In this document: piece by piece, positions 11,148 through 24,894 of the stretch | Layout of the letters: each line of letters begins with the position of its first letter | How positions within the stretch are numbered: the first letter of the stretch is position 1 | Origin: Escherichia coli | GTDB taxonomy: Bacteria; Pseudomonadota; Gammaproteobacteria; Enterobacterales; Enterobacteriaceae | Assembly (NCBI RefSeq): GCF_041248615.1 | Contig: NZ_CP158426.1 | Length of the DNA stretch: 64,000 bases | Strand: one strand, 5' to 3' | Position numbers and translations under genes: made by a program | Notes under the pieces: generated by a model | Databases searched by the model: none | What the model was told of the DNA's origin: nothing | The model's input: the letters and a program-made list of their open reading frames with translations, nothing else

Positions 11148-11384
11148 TTTTTTTGTATACCCTTCCGTTATAATAATTTTCAAATTTATAAATCTGATTG
11201 TTCTGAAATATGTTTAAGACTCTTTAATCTTCTTCTTACTTTAGTGAGTAAAATTCTCTGAATATTTGACAGCTAGTTGCCTGATTTTAAATGCCTTATA
11301 ACAATTGGCAGTATTCTTATTTGTCAATTATAAAAATAGCAACCAGACTTAATAAGTCAAACCAAACGCAATTAAGGAGTCAGT

Positions 11385-11777
11385 ATGAAATTTCAGGCCA
11401 TTGTATTAGCAAGTTTTCTTGTCATGCCTTATGCGTTGGCAGATGACCAGGGCGGATTAAAACAGGATGCAGCGCCACCGCCGCCTCATGCAATAGAAGA
11501 TGGCTATCGCGGAACCGATGATGCAAAAAAAATGACCGTTGATTTCGCAAAAACCATGCATGATGGCGCTTCGGTTTCACTACGCGGTAATTTGATTTCT
11601 CACAAAGGAGAGGACCGTTACGTTTTTCGCGATAAGAGCGGTGAAATTAATGTTGTTATTCCTGCGGCAGTCTTTGATGGACGAGAAGTTCAGCCGGACC
11701 AGATGATCAACATTAGCGGCAGTCTGGATAAGAAAAGCGCGCCGGCCGTCGTTCGGGTCACTCATTTGCAGAAATAA
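11385..11777 (+). CDS. ydeI: YdeI, periplasmic OB-fold (BOF/YgiW family) stress protein
   Basis: 130-aa ORF with signal peptide and AAGGAG RBS; recognised as YdeI. Confidence 0.8.
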
Positions 11778-12031
11778 AAATAAATTAGCCTGATGGCCTG
11801 AACTACTGGGCCATTAGGGTATTGGGTTATGCTATTTGTCATCCTTTTAATTGCGATAATGCAGGCTTAATTTACAGAATTAAACACTTTTTTATCTGCT
11901 GATTTTGTTTCAAATCACAATGTTATCTCAGAGATGACTCATAACTTCGGATTTCTATGAAAATATTGACGTAATTTTGCTTTTCTCCCGTTAGAATAGC
12001 GCGCACAAGGAACTGTGAAAAAGGAGTGGCA

Positions 12032-12943
12032 ATGATCAAGAAGACAACGGAAATTGATGCCATCTTGTTAAATCTCAATAAGGCTATCGATGCCCACTAC
12101 CAGTGGCTGGTAAGTATGTTTCACAGCGTGGTCGCGAGAGATGCCAGTAAGCCAGAAATAACGGATAACCATTCTTATGGACTGTGCCAGTTTGGTCGGT
12201 GGATTGATCATCTGGGGCCACTCGATAACGATGAATTACCTTATGTTCGGCTAATGGATTCTGCCCATCAACATATGCATAACTGTGGTCGGGAATTAAT
12301 GTTGGCTATTGTTGAAAATCACTGGCAGGACGCGCATTTCGACGCCTTTCAGGAAGGGTTGCTTTCTTTTACTGCGGCATTAACCGATTACAAAATTTAT
12401 TTGCTGACGATCCGTAGCAATATGGATGTTTTGACGGGATTGCCGGGTCGTCGGGTTCTTGATGAATCCTTTGATCATCAGTTACGCAACGCTGAGCCTC
12501 TGAATCTTTATTTAATGTTGTTGGATATTGACCGATTTAAATTGGTTAATGATACCTACGGGCATTTAATCGGCGATGTAGTATTACGCACCCTGGCAAC
12601 TTACTTAGCCAGTTGGACGCGCGATTACGAAACGGTTTATCGCTACGGTGGCGAAGAATTTATCATTATTGTCAAAGCGGCTAATGATGAAGAAGCATGT
12701 CGTGCAGGTATCAGAATTTGCCAGTTAGTCGATAACCATGCCATCACACATTCTGAAGGGCATATCAACATTACCGTGACAGCAGGTGTCAGTCGCGCAT
12801 TTCCTGAAGAGCCTCTGGATGTGGTCATTGGAAGAGCAGACCGGGCAATGTATGAGGGTAAGCAAACCGGAAGAAATCGCTGCATGTTTATTGACGAACA
12901 AAATGTGATTAACCGAGTTTCAGCTCCGTTTAACATTCATTGA
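12032..12943 (+). CDS. dgcZ: zinc-sensing diguanylate cyclase DgcZ
   Basis: ORF track 12026..12943; ATG at 12032 after AGGAG; GGDEF domain with RYGGEEF active-site motif. Confidence 0.9.
   Translation: MIKKTTEIDAILLNLNKAIDAHYQWLVSMFHSVVARDASKPEITDNHSYGLCQFGRWIDHLGPLDNDELPYVRLMDSAHQHMHNCGRELMLAIVENHWQDAHFDAFQEGLLSFTAALTDYKIYLLTIRSNMDVLTGLPGRRVLDESFDHQLRNAEPLNLYLMLLDIDRFKLVNDTYGHLIGDVVLRTLATYLASWTRDYETVYRYGGEEFIIIVKAANDEEACRAGIRICQLVDNHAITHSEGHINITVTAGVSRAFPEEPLDVVIGRADRAMYEGKQTGRNRCMFIDEQNVINRVSAPFNIH
12916..12933 (+). promoter_or_regulatory. PhoP-box-like direct repeat (GTTTCA-N5-GTTTAA) at the 3' end of dgcZ; candidate mgrR promoter element
   Basis: GTTT cores spaced 11 bp apart, about 30-40 bp upstream of the inferred sRNA start. 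Confidence 0.3.
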
Positions 12944-12964
12944 GAAAACTGATGCTACTGTGTC

Positions 12965-13065
12965 AACGATCCGTTATCAGTGCAGGAAAATGCCTGTTAG
13001 CGTAAAAGCAAAACACAAATCTATCCATGCAAGCATTCACCGCCGGTTTACTGGCGGTTTTTTTT
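12965..13065 (+). ncRNA. mgrR: candidate MgrR small RNA (PhoP-regulated, Hfq-dependent) ending in an intrinsic terminator
   Basis: position between dgcZ and mgtS matches the known locus; plus-strand terminator 13040..13065 (CCGCCGG-TTTA-CTGGCGG plus T8); 5' end not determined. Confidence 0.4.
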
Positions 13066-13070
13066 CGCCG

Positions 13071-13112
13071 TCATAAAAATCAGGCCCCTTGTACACAACT
13101 GTAACAAGGGGC
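13071..13112 (-). terminator. Rho-independent terminator of mgtS
   Basis: 10-bp stem GGCCCCTTGT/ACAAGGGGCC followed on the minus strand by TGATTTTTAT. Confidence 0.5.
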
Positions 13113-13140
13113 CGGTTAGGTGAGGGATTATCTCCGTTCA

Positions 13141-13236
13141 TTAGTCATCCCATTTGTGGCTGAAATACGCGGCCAGAAAACCAGAAAATAAAATTATTCC
13201 CAGTACGGCCATAAAAACATTCATATTACCCAGCAT
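13141..13236 (-). CDS. mgtS: 31-aa inner-membrane small protein MgtS (YneM)
   Basis: below ORF-track size cutoff; hand translation gives MLGNMNVFMAVLGIILFSGFLAAYFSHKWDD with GGAGGG RBS. Confidence 0.75.
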   Translation of the reverse strand: MLGNMNVFMAVLGIILFSGFLAAYFSHKWDD

Positions 13237-13362
13237 TATTTCCCTCCGTTTATGGTGTGGTGTGTTTCCTCGCTTACCTTAATTTTCATCTCAATGAGAA
13301 AGATATTAGCAGAGGTAACCTAAACGAAGGATGAATTAAATCTTTATTGTGTTCGACTTAAA

Positions 13363-14550
13363 TCAACAAAGCGCGGGCTGCCCCCACGGTCTTGCACGAA
13401 TTCCTTTTAACATCAGCACCCACGCAGCAATGATCACCAACGCTAAGATGATAAACAGCGAGAAAGGCGGCAGACTGGTAAGCACTATGCCACTCACTAA
13501 TGGGTTAATCGCCGCACCAAGCCAGCCTAAAGACTGAGCGGAAAAATAGCTGGCTTTCATTCCTGGCGGCGCAATATGGTCAATCAACATATACTCGCCC
13601 GGCGCATAAATGATTTCACCGACAGTAAATACCGCAGCTGACATACCCCACAATAGCAGGCTGTTGCCGGAAAAAATAAAACCAACCAGACCGATGACGA
13701 AACAGAGGGTGCCTGCTGTCATCAGCGCGCGGATGTTAGCCGGGTTAAGTCGGCGTCCCACGGAATATTGCAACGTAACTACCATGGCAGCATTAACCGG
13801 AAGAACAACCGCAACCACCTTTTCGGCAAAATCACCATCAGCAATCACCATCACATATTGTGAAATGCATGAAGCAAATGCGCCGCTAACAAAGGAAGCC
13901 AGAAAACCAGAGCAGGTAAACCACAACAGTGCTTTATCTTGTAATAAAACTTTCGGCGACCAGACACTGCCTGTTTCCGTGGCGATGATTTTCTCGCTGC
14001 GCTTTACCCAAATTTGAATGAAAAGCATGGGAAACGCGGAACAGATAGCTGCCAGCCAGAAGGGCAGATTGATGCTCTGCATCACCAACAGCGTGCCGAG
14101 CGGCGGACCGATGGTCCAGCCAATGTTTAGCATGGTGTAGTTGATTGAGAAGATTTTCGTTTTGCTGGTGGACGAAAGATTGTCGGCAAACCAGGCTTTC
14201 AACACGGTAGCAAAAACGGAATAGGCGCAGTTAATAAGGGCAAAAAAGAGCACCACCAGCGTCACGTTATTCACTAAAGGAATGGCAATAAAACCACTGG
14301 CGAAGGCGGTAATTGCCAGTAACATATAGCGTTTCTTGTCGAACTTATCCGCCAGGATACCAAAACCGAGGCTAAAAACGACGCCAATAGTGAGCGCAAT
14401 TGTCATCGCATAACCGATTAGATTGACACTCAGGTTGTACTGGCGACTCAAGTAAATGGTCATAAACGGCAGCGTAGCGCCGCGTCCGATGGTTAATAAC
14501 AACGACGAGGTAAGAAGGGCGCTGGTAGAGCGTCGTAGGGATAAGTTCAT
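13363..14550 (-). CDS. ydeE: MFS efflux transporter YdeE (dipeptide exporter)
   Basis: 395-aa ORF with 12 predicted TM segments; recognised as YdeE. Confidence 0.85.
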   Translation of the reverse strand: MNLSLRRSTSALLTSSLLLTIGRGATLPFMTIYLSRQYNLSVNLIGYAMTIALTIGVVFSLGFGILADKFDKKRYMLLAITAFASGFIAIPLVNNVTLVVLFFALINCAYSVFATVLKAWFADNLSSTSKTKIFSINYTMLNIGWTIGPPLGTLLVMQSINLPFWLAAICSAFPMLFIQIWVKRSEKIIATETGSVWSPKVLLQDKALLWFTCSGFLASFVSGAFASCISQYVMVIADGDFAEKVVAVVLPVNAAMVVTLQYSVGRRLNPANIRALMTAGTLCFVIGLVGFIFSGNSLLLWGMSAAVFTVGEIIYAPGEYMLIDHIAPPGMKASYFSAQSLGWLGAAINPLVSGIVLTSLPPFSLFIILALVIIAAWVLMLKGIRARPWGQPALC

Positions 14551-14744
14551 TTGTCTGTCCGGCAGTGCGTTTCGTTATGTTTTGTTTTAGAGATGTAAAG
14601 AAATAGCATGGCAAAAATCCGAAGTATAGCGACTTATTTGCGCATTAATGCCGTCGTAATCGGCGACTAACGAATCAACTGTTAAAGAAAAGTAAATTCA
14701 GCTAAGTTGATTGCTTACAAAAGATGAAATTCAGAGGCGGTAGA

Positions 14745-15644
14745 ATGTCGCGAAAAGATGGGGTGTTGGCGCTACTGGTAGTGGTCGTATGGGGGCTAAA
14801 TTTTGTGGTCATCAAAGTGGGGCTTCATAACATGCCACCGCTGATGTTGGCCGGTTTGCGCTTTATGCTGGTTGCTTTTCCGGCTATCTTTTTTGTCGCA
14901 CGACCGAAAGTACCACTGAATTTGCTGCTGGGGTATGGATTAACCATCAGTTTTGCGCAGTTTGCTTTTCTTTTTTGTGCCATTAACTTCGGTATGCCTG
15001 CTGGACTGGCTTCGCTGGTGTTACAGGCACAGGCGTTTTTTACTATCGTGCTTGGCGCGTTTACTTTCGGTGAGCGACTGCATGGCAAACAATTGGCGGG
15101 GATCGCCTTAGCGATTTTTGGCGTACTGGTGTTAATCGAAGATAGTCTGAACGGTCAGCATGTGGCGATGCTCGGCTTTATGTTGACCCTGGCGGCAGCA
15201 TTTAGTTGGGCGTGTGGCAACATCTTCAATAAAAAGATCATGTCGCACTCAACGCGTCCGGCGGTGATGTCGCTGGTAATCTGGAGCGCTTTAATCCCAA
15301 TCATTCCCTTCTTTGTTGCCTCGCTGATTCTCGATGGTTCCGCAACCATGATTCACAGTCTGGTTACTATCGATATGACCACCATCTTGTCTCTGATGTA
15401 TCTGGCGTTTGTGGCGACAATTGTTGGTTATGGGATCTGGGGGACGTTACTGGGACGCTATGAAACCTGGCGGGTTGCACCGTTATCGTTACTGGTGCCC
15501 GTAGTAGGACTGGCAAGTGCGGCACTATTGTTGGATGAACGCTTAACGGGTCTACAATTTTTCGGGGCGGTGCTCATTATGACCGGGCTGTATATCAATG
15601 TATTTGGCTTGCGGTGGCGTAAAGCGGTAAAGGTTAGAGGCTAA
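14745..15644 (+). CDS. eamA: cysteine/O-acetylserine exporter EamA (DMT superfamily)
   Basis: ORF track 14724..15644; ATG at 14745 gives the 299-aa MSRKDGVLALL start. Confidence 0.85.
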   Translation: MSRKDGVLALLVVVVWGLNFVVIKVGLHNMPPLMLAGLRFMLVAFPAIFFVARPKVPLNLLLGYGLTISFAQFAFLFCAINFGMPAGLASLVLQAQAFFTIVLGAFTFGERLHGKQLAGIALAIFGVLVLIEDSLNGQHVAMLGFMLTLAAAFSWACGNIFNKKIMSHSTRPAVMSLVIWSALIPIIPFFVASLILDGSATMIHSLVTIDMTTILSLMYLAFVATIVGYGIWGTLLGRYETWRVAPLSLLVPVVGLASAALLLDERLTGLQFFGAVLIMTGLYINVFGLRWRKAVKVRG

Positions 15645-15650
15645 ACCATA

Positions 15651-15690
15651 CGCACAGAATGTGATGTCAGCACTCTGTGCGTCTGCTTTT
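15651..15690 (+). terminator. terminator-like hairpin after eamA (GCACAGA...TCTGTGC followed by a T-rich tract)
   Basis: read directly; approximate coordinates. Confidence 0.35.
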
Positions 15691-16387
15691 ATCGCGGGAA
15701 AAAGTACTTTACCTGGAACTCGAAAATATTGCTGTAAAGTAACGAATAATCCAGCGGAATAGAGTTACTGTCCACAGCCTGGGTCTGAATTTTAAGTATG
15801 GGATCCCGTGGGCTGATCCGTAAAATACTGGCGATTTCTGGGGTAGGAAAAGTAGGGGAGAAAGTTTCAAAGGTGCCAATGATTTTGATCCCGCATTCGT
15901 TCTCAATATACGAAAATTTGGATTTTTGCATATGTGCTACGGTTAAATCAGGAAAACGTGCCACTGACATCCACGTTTCTTCTAATTGTGCTGCATTATC
16001 CTCAATGAATCGCAGTCTCTTTATGTAATAAACCTGCTCACCAGTCACTAAATTCAGCTCAGTCGCAATAGGGGGAGAAGCATCCTGCACTTCAAATTTC
16101 ATAATCTGACTTCCTGCCTCCTTGCCGCTTTTATGCGCAATTTCACTGAAGCTGTTCATGTGATCAATGTGTGCAACAAAATTCTTTTTTTGAATATATG
16201 TTCCTGAACCATGCTTTCTATGAATAATTCCTTCGCCTTCCAGCAAGGATAATGCCTTACGCAGGGTATTACGCGAAACATTATAACGAACAGCGAGTTC
16301 AGCTTCTGACGGCAACAAATCACCAACATGCCATGAATAGCCATTGATCTCGGATTTAAGTAAGCGGGCAATCTTTTGAAAAATCAC
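15689..16387 (-). CDS. GntR/HutC-family regulator (HTH plus UTRA domain), bgcR-like
   Basis: 232-aa ORF, probably GTG-initiated; HTH near residues 25-60; divergent from the PTS genes. Confidence 0.7.
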   Translation of the reverse strand: MIFQKIARLLKSEINGYSWHVGDLLPSEAELAVRYNVSRNTLRKALSLLEGEGIIHRKHGSGTYIQKKNFVAHIDHMNSFSEIAHKSGKEAGSQIMKFEVQDASPPIATELNLVTGEQVYYIKRLRFIEDNAAQLEETWMSVARFPDLTVAHMQKSKFSYIENECGIKIIGTFETFSPTFPTPEIASILRISPRDPILKIQTQAVDSNSIPLDYSLLYSNIFEFQVKYFFPR

Positions 16388-16585
16388 TTTTGCACCTTTT
16401 AAGAGCCATTGAAAACAAGGAGTTGAGTCCTGATTGGTTTATCGTATGGTCGAGTCGTTTAATTATCACCCTGATGTTGAACAACTTTAGTGCTGTATTA
16501 CTGTGATCAATGTACCAGGACGTATAGCTACTGCGGGATATGATATTTACACAATGTAATCTGTTATATACCAGTAAGGGAAAAT

Positions 16586-16897
16586 ATGAAAAAGATATTG
16601 TTAGTTTGCGCTGCGGGCATGTCAACCAGTATGCTGGTTAAACGTATGATTGATCATGCTAACGCTATTTCACTTGAAGTTAATATTTCCGCATTGGCGA
16701 TTGCAGAGGCTAAAGGGAAAATTAAAAATAACGAAGTTGACGTTGTTTTACTTGGCCCGCAAGTTCGCTTTCAGAAACCAGAGATTGAAGCTGTTGCACA
16801 GGGGAAAATGCCTGTAGCTGTTATCGAGATGAAAGACTATGGCACCATGAACGGACAGGCAGTTCTTGAATTTGCGATGAAACTACTGCAAGAGTAA
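16586..16897 (+). CDS. PTS lactose/cellobiose-family EIIB component
   Basis: 103-aa ORF; N-terminal KILLVCAAGMSTS phospho-cysteine motif. Confidence 0.8.
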   Translation: MKKILLVCAAGMSTSMLVKRMIDHANAISLEVNISALAIAEAKGKIKNNEVDVVLLGPQVRFQKPEIEAVAQGKMPVAVIEMKDYGTMNGQAVLEFAMKLLQE

Positions 16898-17010
16898 GAA
16901 TCTAATATTATTAAACTATTACCTGAACTAACTTTTCACACATCATAAAATGGATATGGCATACATGCTTTATTGGGATGTATAAATATCCAGAACAACA
17001 GGTATAAAAA

Positions 17011-18333
17011 ATGGGATTAATGACCTCATTCGAACGTGGAATGGAACGTTTTCTTGTTCCAGTTGCTATCAAGTTAAACTCACAAAAACATGTTGCAGCG
17101 GTGAGAGATGGATTCGTTTTTACGTTTCCAATTATCATGGCAAGCTCATTAATTATATTAATTAACTTTGCCATATTATCGCCCGACGGCTTTATTGCCG
17201 GGCTGCTGCATCTGAACCGCGTTTTCCCCAACCTTGAAAAAGCACAAGCTATTTTTACTCCGGTAATGAATGGCTCTGTAAATATCATGTCAATTATGAT
17301 TGCTTTCCTGGTCGCCAGAAATATGGCGATTAGCTATGAGCAAGATGATCTTTTATGCGGATTAACGGCAATAGGAGCATTTTTTATTGTTTATACGCCA
17401 TATCAGATGATAGATGGGCAAGCATTCCTGACGACCAAATATCTCGGCGCACAGGGGTTGTTTGTTGCTGTTATCGTTGCATTAATCACCAGTGAAATAT
17501 TTTGTCGCTTAGCTCGAAACCCAAAAATCACCATAACGATGCCGGCAGCTGTACCTCCTGCGGTATCGCGTTCATTTAAAGTTTTATTGCCAATATTTTT
17601 TGTCATGGTGTTCTTTTCCGCACTTAATTATTGCCTGACACTGATATCCCCGGCAGGATTAAACGATCTCATTTACACATTAATCCAGACGCCGCTCAAA
17701 CATATGGGAACGAATATCTTTGCGGTAATTATCCTGGGGGCTGTGGGTAATTTCCTGTGGGTGCTGGGGATCCACGGACCTAATACCACCTCGGCAATTC
17801 GAGAAACTGTTTTTTCTGAGGCTAATCTGGAGAATCTCTCCTGGGCCGCTCAACACGGCACTACCTGGGGCGCGCCATATCCGATTACCTGGACTTCTAT
17901 TAATGATGCATTCGCCAACTGCGGCGGTTCAGGTATGACGTTGGGGTTATTGTTGGCTATTTTTATCGCGTCTAAGCGTGCGGAATACCGTGATCTGGCA
18001 AAAATGTCGTTTATCCCCGGTATTTTCAATATCAATGAACCGATAATGTTCGGCCTTCCTATTGTACTTAACCCCATCATGATGGTGCCGTTTATTCTGG
18101 TTCCCATTGTTAACTGTGCCATTGGTTACTTCTTTGTTTCGATGGAAATTATTCCACCGGTTGCTTATGCCGTGCCCTGGACTACGCCCGGACCTTTAAT
18201 TGCTTTCCTCGGAACCGGGGGAAACTGGTTGGCGTTACTGGTGGGTTTTTTATGTTTAGGTGTGGCGACAATGATCTATTTACCTTTTGTTATTGCCGCC
18301 AACAAGGTCAATAACATGACAACTAACGGATAA
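17011..18333 (+). CDS. PTS lactose/cellobiose-family EIIC permease
   Basis: 440-aa polytopic membrane ORF typical of cellobiose-type EIIC. Confidence 0.8.
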   Translation: MGLMTSFERGMERFLVPVAIKLNSQKHVAAVRDGFVFTFPIIMASSLIILINFAILSPDGFIAGLLHLNRVFPNLEKAQAIFTPVMNGSVNIMSIMIAFLVARNMAISYEQDDLLCGLTAIGAFFIVYTPYQMIDGQAFLTTKYLGAQGLFVAVIVALITSEIFCRLARNPKITITMPAAVPPAVSRSFKVLLPIFFVMVFFSALNYCLTLISPAGLNDLIYTLIQTPLKHMGTNIFAVIILGAVGNFLWVLGIHGPNTTSAIRETVFSEANLENLSWAAQHGTTWGAPYPITWTSINDAFANCGGSGMTLGLLLAIFIASKRAEYRDLAKMSFIPGIFNINEPIMFGLPIVLNPIMMVPFILVPIVNCAIGYFFVSMEIIPPVAYAVPWTTPGPLIAFLGTGGNWLALLVGFLCLGVATMIYLPFVIAANKVNNMTTNG

Positions 18334-18360
18334 TCCCATTTACACAGGAAGGAGATGTTG

Positions 18361-18672
18361 ATGTTTGCAGATGAAGAACTTGTTATGGAGTTACTGATCA
18401 ACGCGGGACAGGCACGTTCTGATGCGATGGAAGCCATACGTTGTGCCGGGCAAAAAGACTGGCAGGGCGCAACTCAGCTAATGGCCAGTTCGGAATTAGC
18501 CTGTCTTCAGGCACATAAGATTCAGACCGCGTTAATTAGTCAGGATGAAGGTTGTGGCAAAATAGAAGTTAATTTAATTCTGGTTCATGCACAGGATCAT
18601 TTGATGAATGCAATATTATGCCAGGATTTAGCCAGGGAAATTATTTCATTAAGAAAAGAGCTCCATGCCTGA
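18361..18672 (+). CDS. PTS lactose/cellobiose-family EIIA component
   Basis: ORF track 18355..18672; ATG at 18361 has better spacing from GGAG; about 103 aa, EIIA-Lac-like. Confidence 0.75.
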   Translation: MFADEELVMELLINAGQARSDAMEAIRCAGQKDWQGATQLMASSELACLQAHKIQTALISQDEGCGKIEVNLILVHAQDHLMNAILCQDLAREIISLRKELHA

Positions 18673-18724
18673 TTTTTTCCTCCAGTGCGATAGCTGGAGG
18701 AAATTATTACACTCTTAAGGATAA

Positions 18725-22845
<4,121 letters not shown>

Positions 22846-22875
22846 TGAGACTTCAGGAAGATATTACGGAGATAT

Positions 22876-22897
22876 CAGGCTCTGTGATCAGAGCCTG
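22876..22897. terminator. perfect 9-bp hairpin (CAGGCTCTG-TGAT-CAGAGCCTG) between the GH1 remnant and marB
   Basis: read directly; no strong T-tract, so role uncertain. Confidence 0.35.
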
Positions 22898-22904
22898 ACA
22901 ATAA

Positions 22905-23123
22905 CTACATAGCGTGTTGATTATAATAGGGCACGCCGAGCGCATCCGACTTATCACTGCCAGTACCCATGTGATTTAAATCAAACGGTGGTTGTTCCTG
23001 CGATGGGGGAACAACCACGACATTGGCACAGGAAGTAACAACCGGCTGCGTGGTTTGTTCCGCAATGCCCTGCGTGGAAAAGAGAATAAACGCAGCTGCT
23101 ATTGCGGATAAAAGTGGTTTCAT
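22905..23123 (-). CDS. marB: multiple antibiotic resistance protein MarB (periplasmic)
   Basis: 72-aa ORF with signal peptide; recognised as MarB. Confidence 0.85.
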   Translation of the reverse strand: MKPLLSAIAAAFILFSTQGIAEQTTQPVVTSCANVVVVPPSQEQPPFDLNHMGTGSDKSDALGVPYYNQHAM

Positions 23124-23154
23124 GATTGCCTCAGTGACGTTGTCACGTTATCAA

Positions 23155-23538
23155 CTAGCTGTTGTAATGATTTAATGGATGTAAAAAGCGCGATTCGCCC
23201 TGCATATTGGTCATCCGGTATTTATGTGGCGGAACATCAAAGTAATTTTTGAAGGTTCGGGTCAGAGTTTGTTGCGACTCGAAGCCATATCGTTCTGCCA
23301 GATAGAGTATCGGCTCGTTACTTTCCTTCAGCTTTTGCGCGATTTCCGTCATCTTACGGCTGCGGATGTATTGGCCTAATGAATGACCGGTTTCTTTTTT
23401 AAACATCCGTTGCAGGTGCCATTTAGAGTAACCCGAACGCTCTGACACTTTCTCCAGTGACAGTGGCGATTCCAGGTTGTCCTCGATCCAGTCCAAAATG
23501 CTATGAATGGTAATAGCGTCAGTATTGCGTCTGGACAT
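23155..23538 (-). CDS. marA: AraC/XylS-family transcriptional activator MarA
   Basis: ORF track 23155..23544; ATG at 23538 gives the 127-aa [22 protein letters not shown] start. Confidence 0.9.
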
Positions 23539-23558
23539 CGTCATACCTCTTTTTTTGT

Positions 23559-23993
23559 TTACGGCAGGACTTTCTTAAGCAAATGCTCAAGTGTTGCCAC
23601 TTCGTCCGCCGTCAGGTTTTTTGTTAATTCTTGATGCAGGTCCTGGCCAACTAATTGATGGCATTGTTCACATATTGCCGCGCCGCTGGTGGTAAGTTTT
23701 ACCAGTACGCCGCGCTTGTCATTCGGGTTCGGCAACCTTTCCACCCAGCCTTTACAGACCAGGCGATCCAGCATACGGGTCAGCGCCCCCAGGTCGACCG
23801 ATAACACTCTTTTCAGTTCAACCGGAGTAATACACGCCGCGCAGCGGATAGAGCAGAGCACCTTAAACTGTGCCGCGGTAATATCCAGCGGAGACAGATA
23901 CTCGTTAAGCAGGCGATCTTTCTTCTGATTAACCATATGGATTAAGCGACCCAATGGAATAATTTCATTGAACAGATCGCTGGTACTTTTCAC
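23559..23993 (-). CDS. marR: repressor MarR (carries K62R, G103S, Y137H relative to the K-12 sequence as I recall it)
   Basis: 144-aa ORF, GTG-initiated; residues counted directly from the translation. Confidence 0.9.
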
Positions 23994-23998
23994 ATTAG

Positions 23999-24045
23999 TT
24001 GCCCTGGCAAGTAATTAGTTGCAGGGGATAATATTGCCCAGGCAA
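23999..24045. promoter_or_regulatory. marO: two MarR operator palindromes (TTGCCCTGGCAA at 23999..24010; TTGCCCAGGCAA at 24034..24045)
   Basis: both palindromes read directly immediately upstream of marR. Confidence 0.7.
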
Positions 24046-24067
24046 GTATAAGTCAAATGAATGAATT

Positions 24068-24092
24068 GACCGATGCCACGTTTTGCTAAATC
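24068..24092 (-). promoter_or_regulatory. marbox (MarA/SoxS/Rob binding site) upstream of the marRAB promoter
   Basis: minus-strand GATTTAGCAAAACGTGGCATCGGTC matches the marbox as I recall it. Confidence 0.6.
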
Positions 24093-24204
24093 GGTTCAAG
24101 TTTTGGTCAGTGCGATGCAAGGCTAGCTAAAGAGTGACACTTTATCGTTGTTTACCCCTTATACTTTTCGCTGATAACCCAGATACACAGGATAACAACC
24201 ACCA

Positions 24205-24870
24205 ATGTTAGATTTATTTAAAGCAATTGGCCTGGGGCTGGTGGTGTTACTACCGTTAGCTAACCCATTAACAACTGTCGCGTTATTTCTTGGCCTGGCA
24301 GGCAACATGAACAGTGCCGAACGTAATCGTCAGTCGTTGATGGCCTCGGTGTACGTCTTTGCCATCATGATGGTGGCGTATTACGCCGGGCAACTGGTGA
24401 TGGATACATTTGGCATTTCGATTCCCGGTCTGCGAATTGCAGGCGGCTTAATCGTCGCGTTTATCGGTTTTCGGATGCTCTTTCCGCAACAGAAAGCAAT
24501 TGATTCACCGGAAGCGAAAAGCAAGTCGGAAGAGCTGGAAGATGAACCCAGCGCCAATATTGCTTTTGTACCACTGGCAATGCCAAGTACCGCCGGTCCG
24601 GGAACCATAGCGATGATTATTAGCTCGGCGTCCACAGTGCGTCAGAGTTCAACCTTTGCTGATTGGGTACTGATGGTTGCGCCGCCGCTGATCTTTTTCC
24701 TGGTGGCGGTTATTTTGTGGGGAAGTCTACGCAGCTCTGGCGCAATTATGCGGCTGGTGGGTAAGGGGGGCATTGAAGCGATCTCCCGTCTGATGGGATT
24801 CCTGCTGGTATGTATGGGGGTGCAGTTTATTATTAACGGCATCCTGGAAATCATTAAAACGTACCACTAA
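24205..24870 (+). CDS. marC: inner-membrane protein MarC (UPF0056/MarC family)
   Basis: 221-aa membrane ORF divergent from marRAB. Confidence 0.9.
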   Translation: MLDLFKAIGLGLVVLLPLANPLTTVALFLGLAGNMNSAERNRQSLMASVYVFAIMMVAYYAGQLVMDTFGISIPGLRIAGGLIVAFIGFRMLFPQQKAIDSPEAKSKSEELEDEPSANIAFVPLAMPSTAGPGTIAMIISSASTVRQSSTFADWVLMVAPPLIFFLVAVILWGSLRSSGAIMRLVGKGGIEAISRLMGFLLVCMGVQFIINGILEIIKTYH

Positions 24871-24892
24871 AAAAGGCCCGAATGGGCCTTTC
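24871..24892. terminator. bidirectional intrinsic terminator between convergent marC and sotB
   Basis: AAAA-GGCCC-GAAT-GGGCC-TTT read directly. Confidence 0.5.
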
Positions 24893-24894
24893 AA

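Noticed and set aside
13237-13330. Search for a PhoP box upstream of mgtS
   Set aside because: Only weak GTTTA-like matches (CGTTTA at about 13242) without a convincing second half-site at 11-bp spacing.
16388-16585. Candidate CRP-like site (TGTGATCAATGTACCA) in the GntR/PTS intergenic region
   Set aside because: Second half-site is a poor match to TCACA; not reported as a feature.
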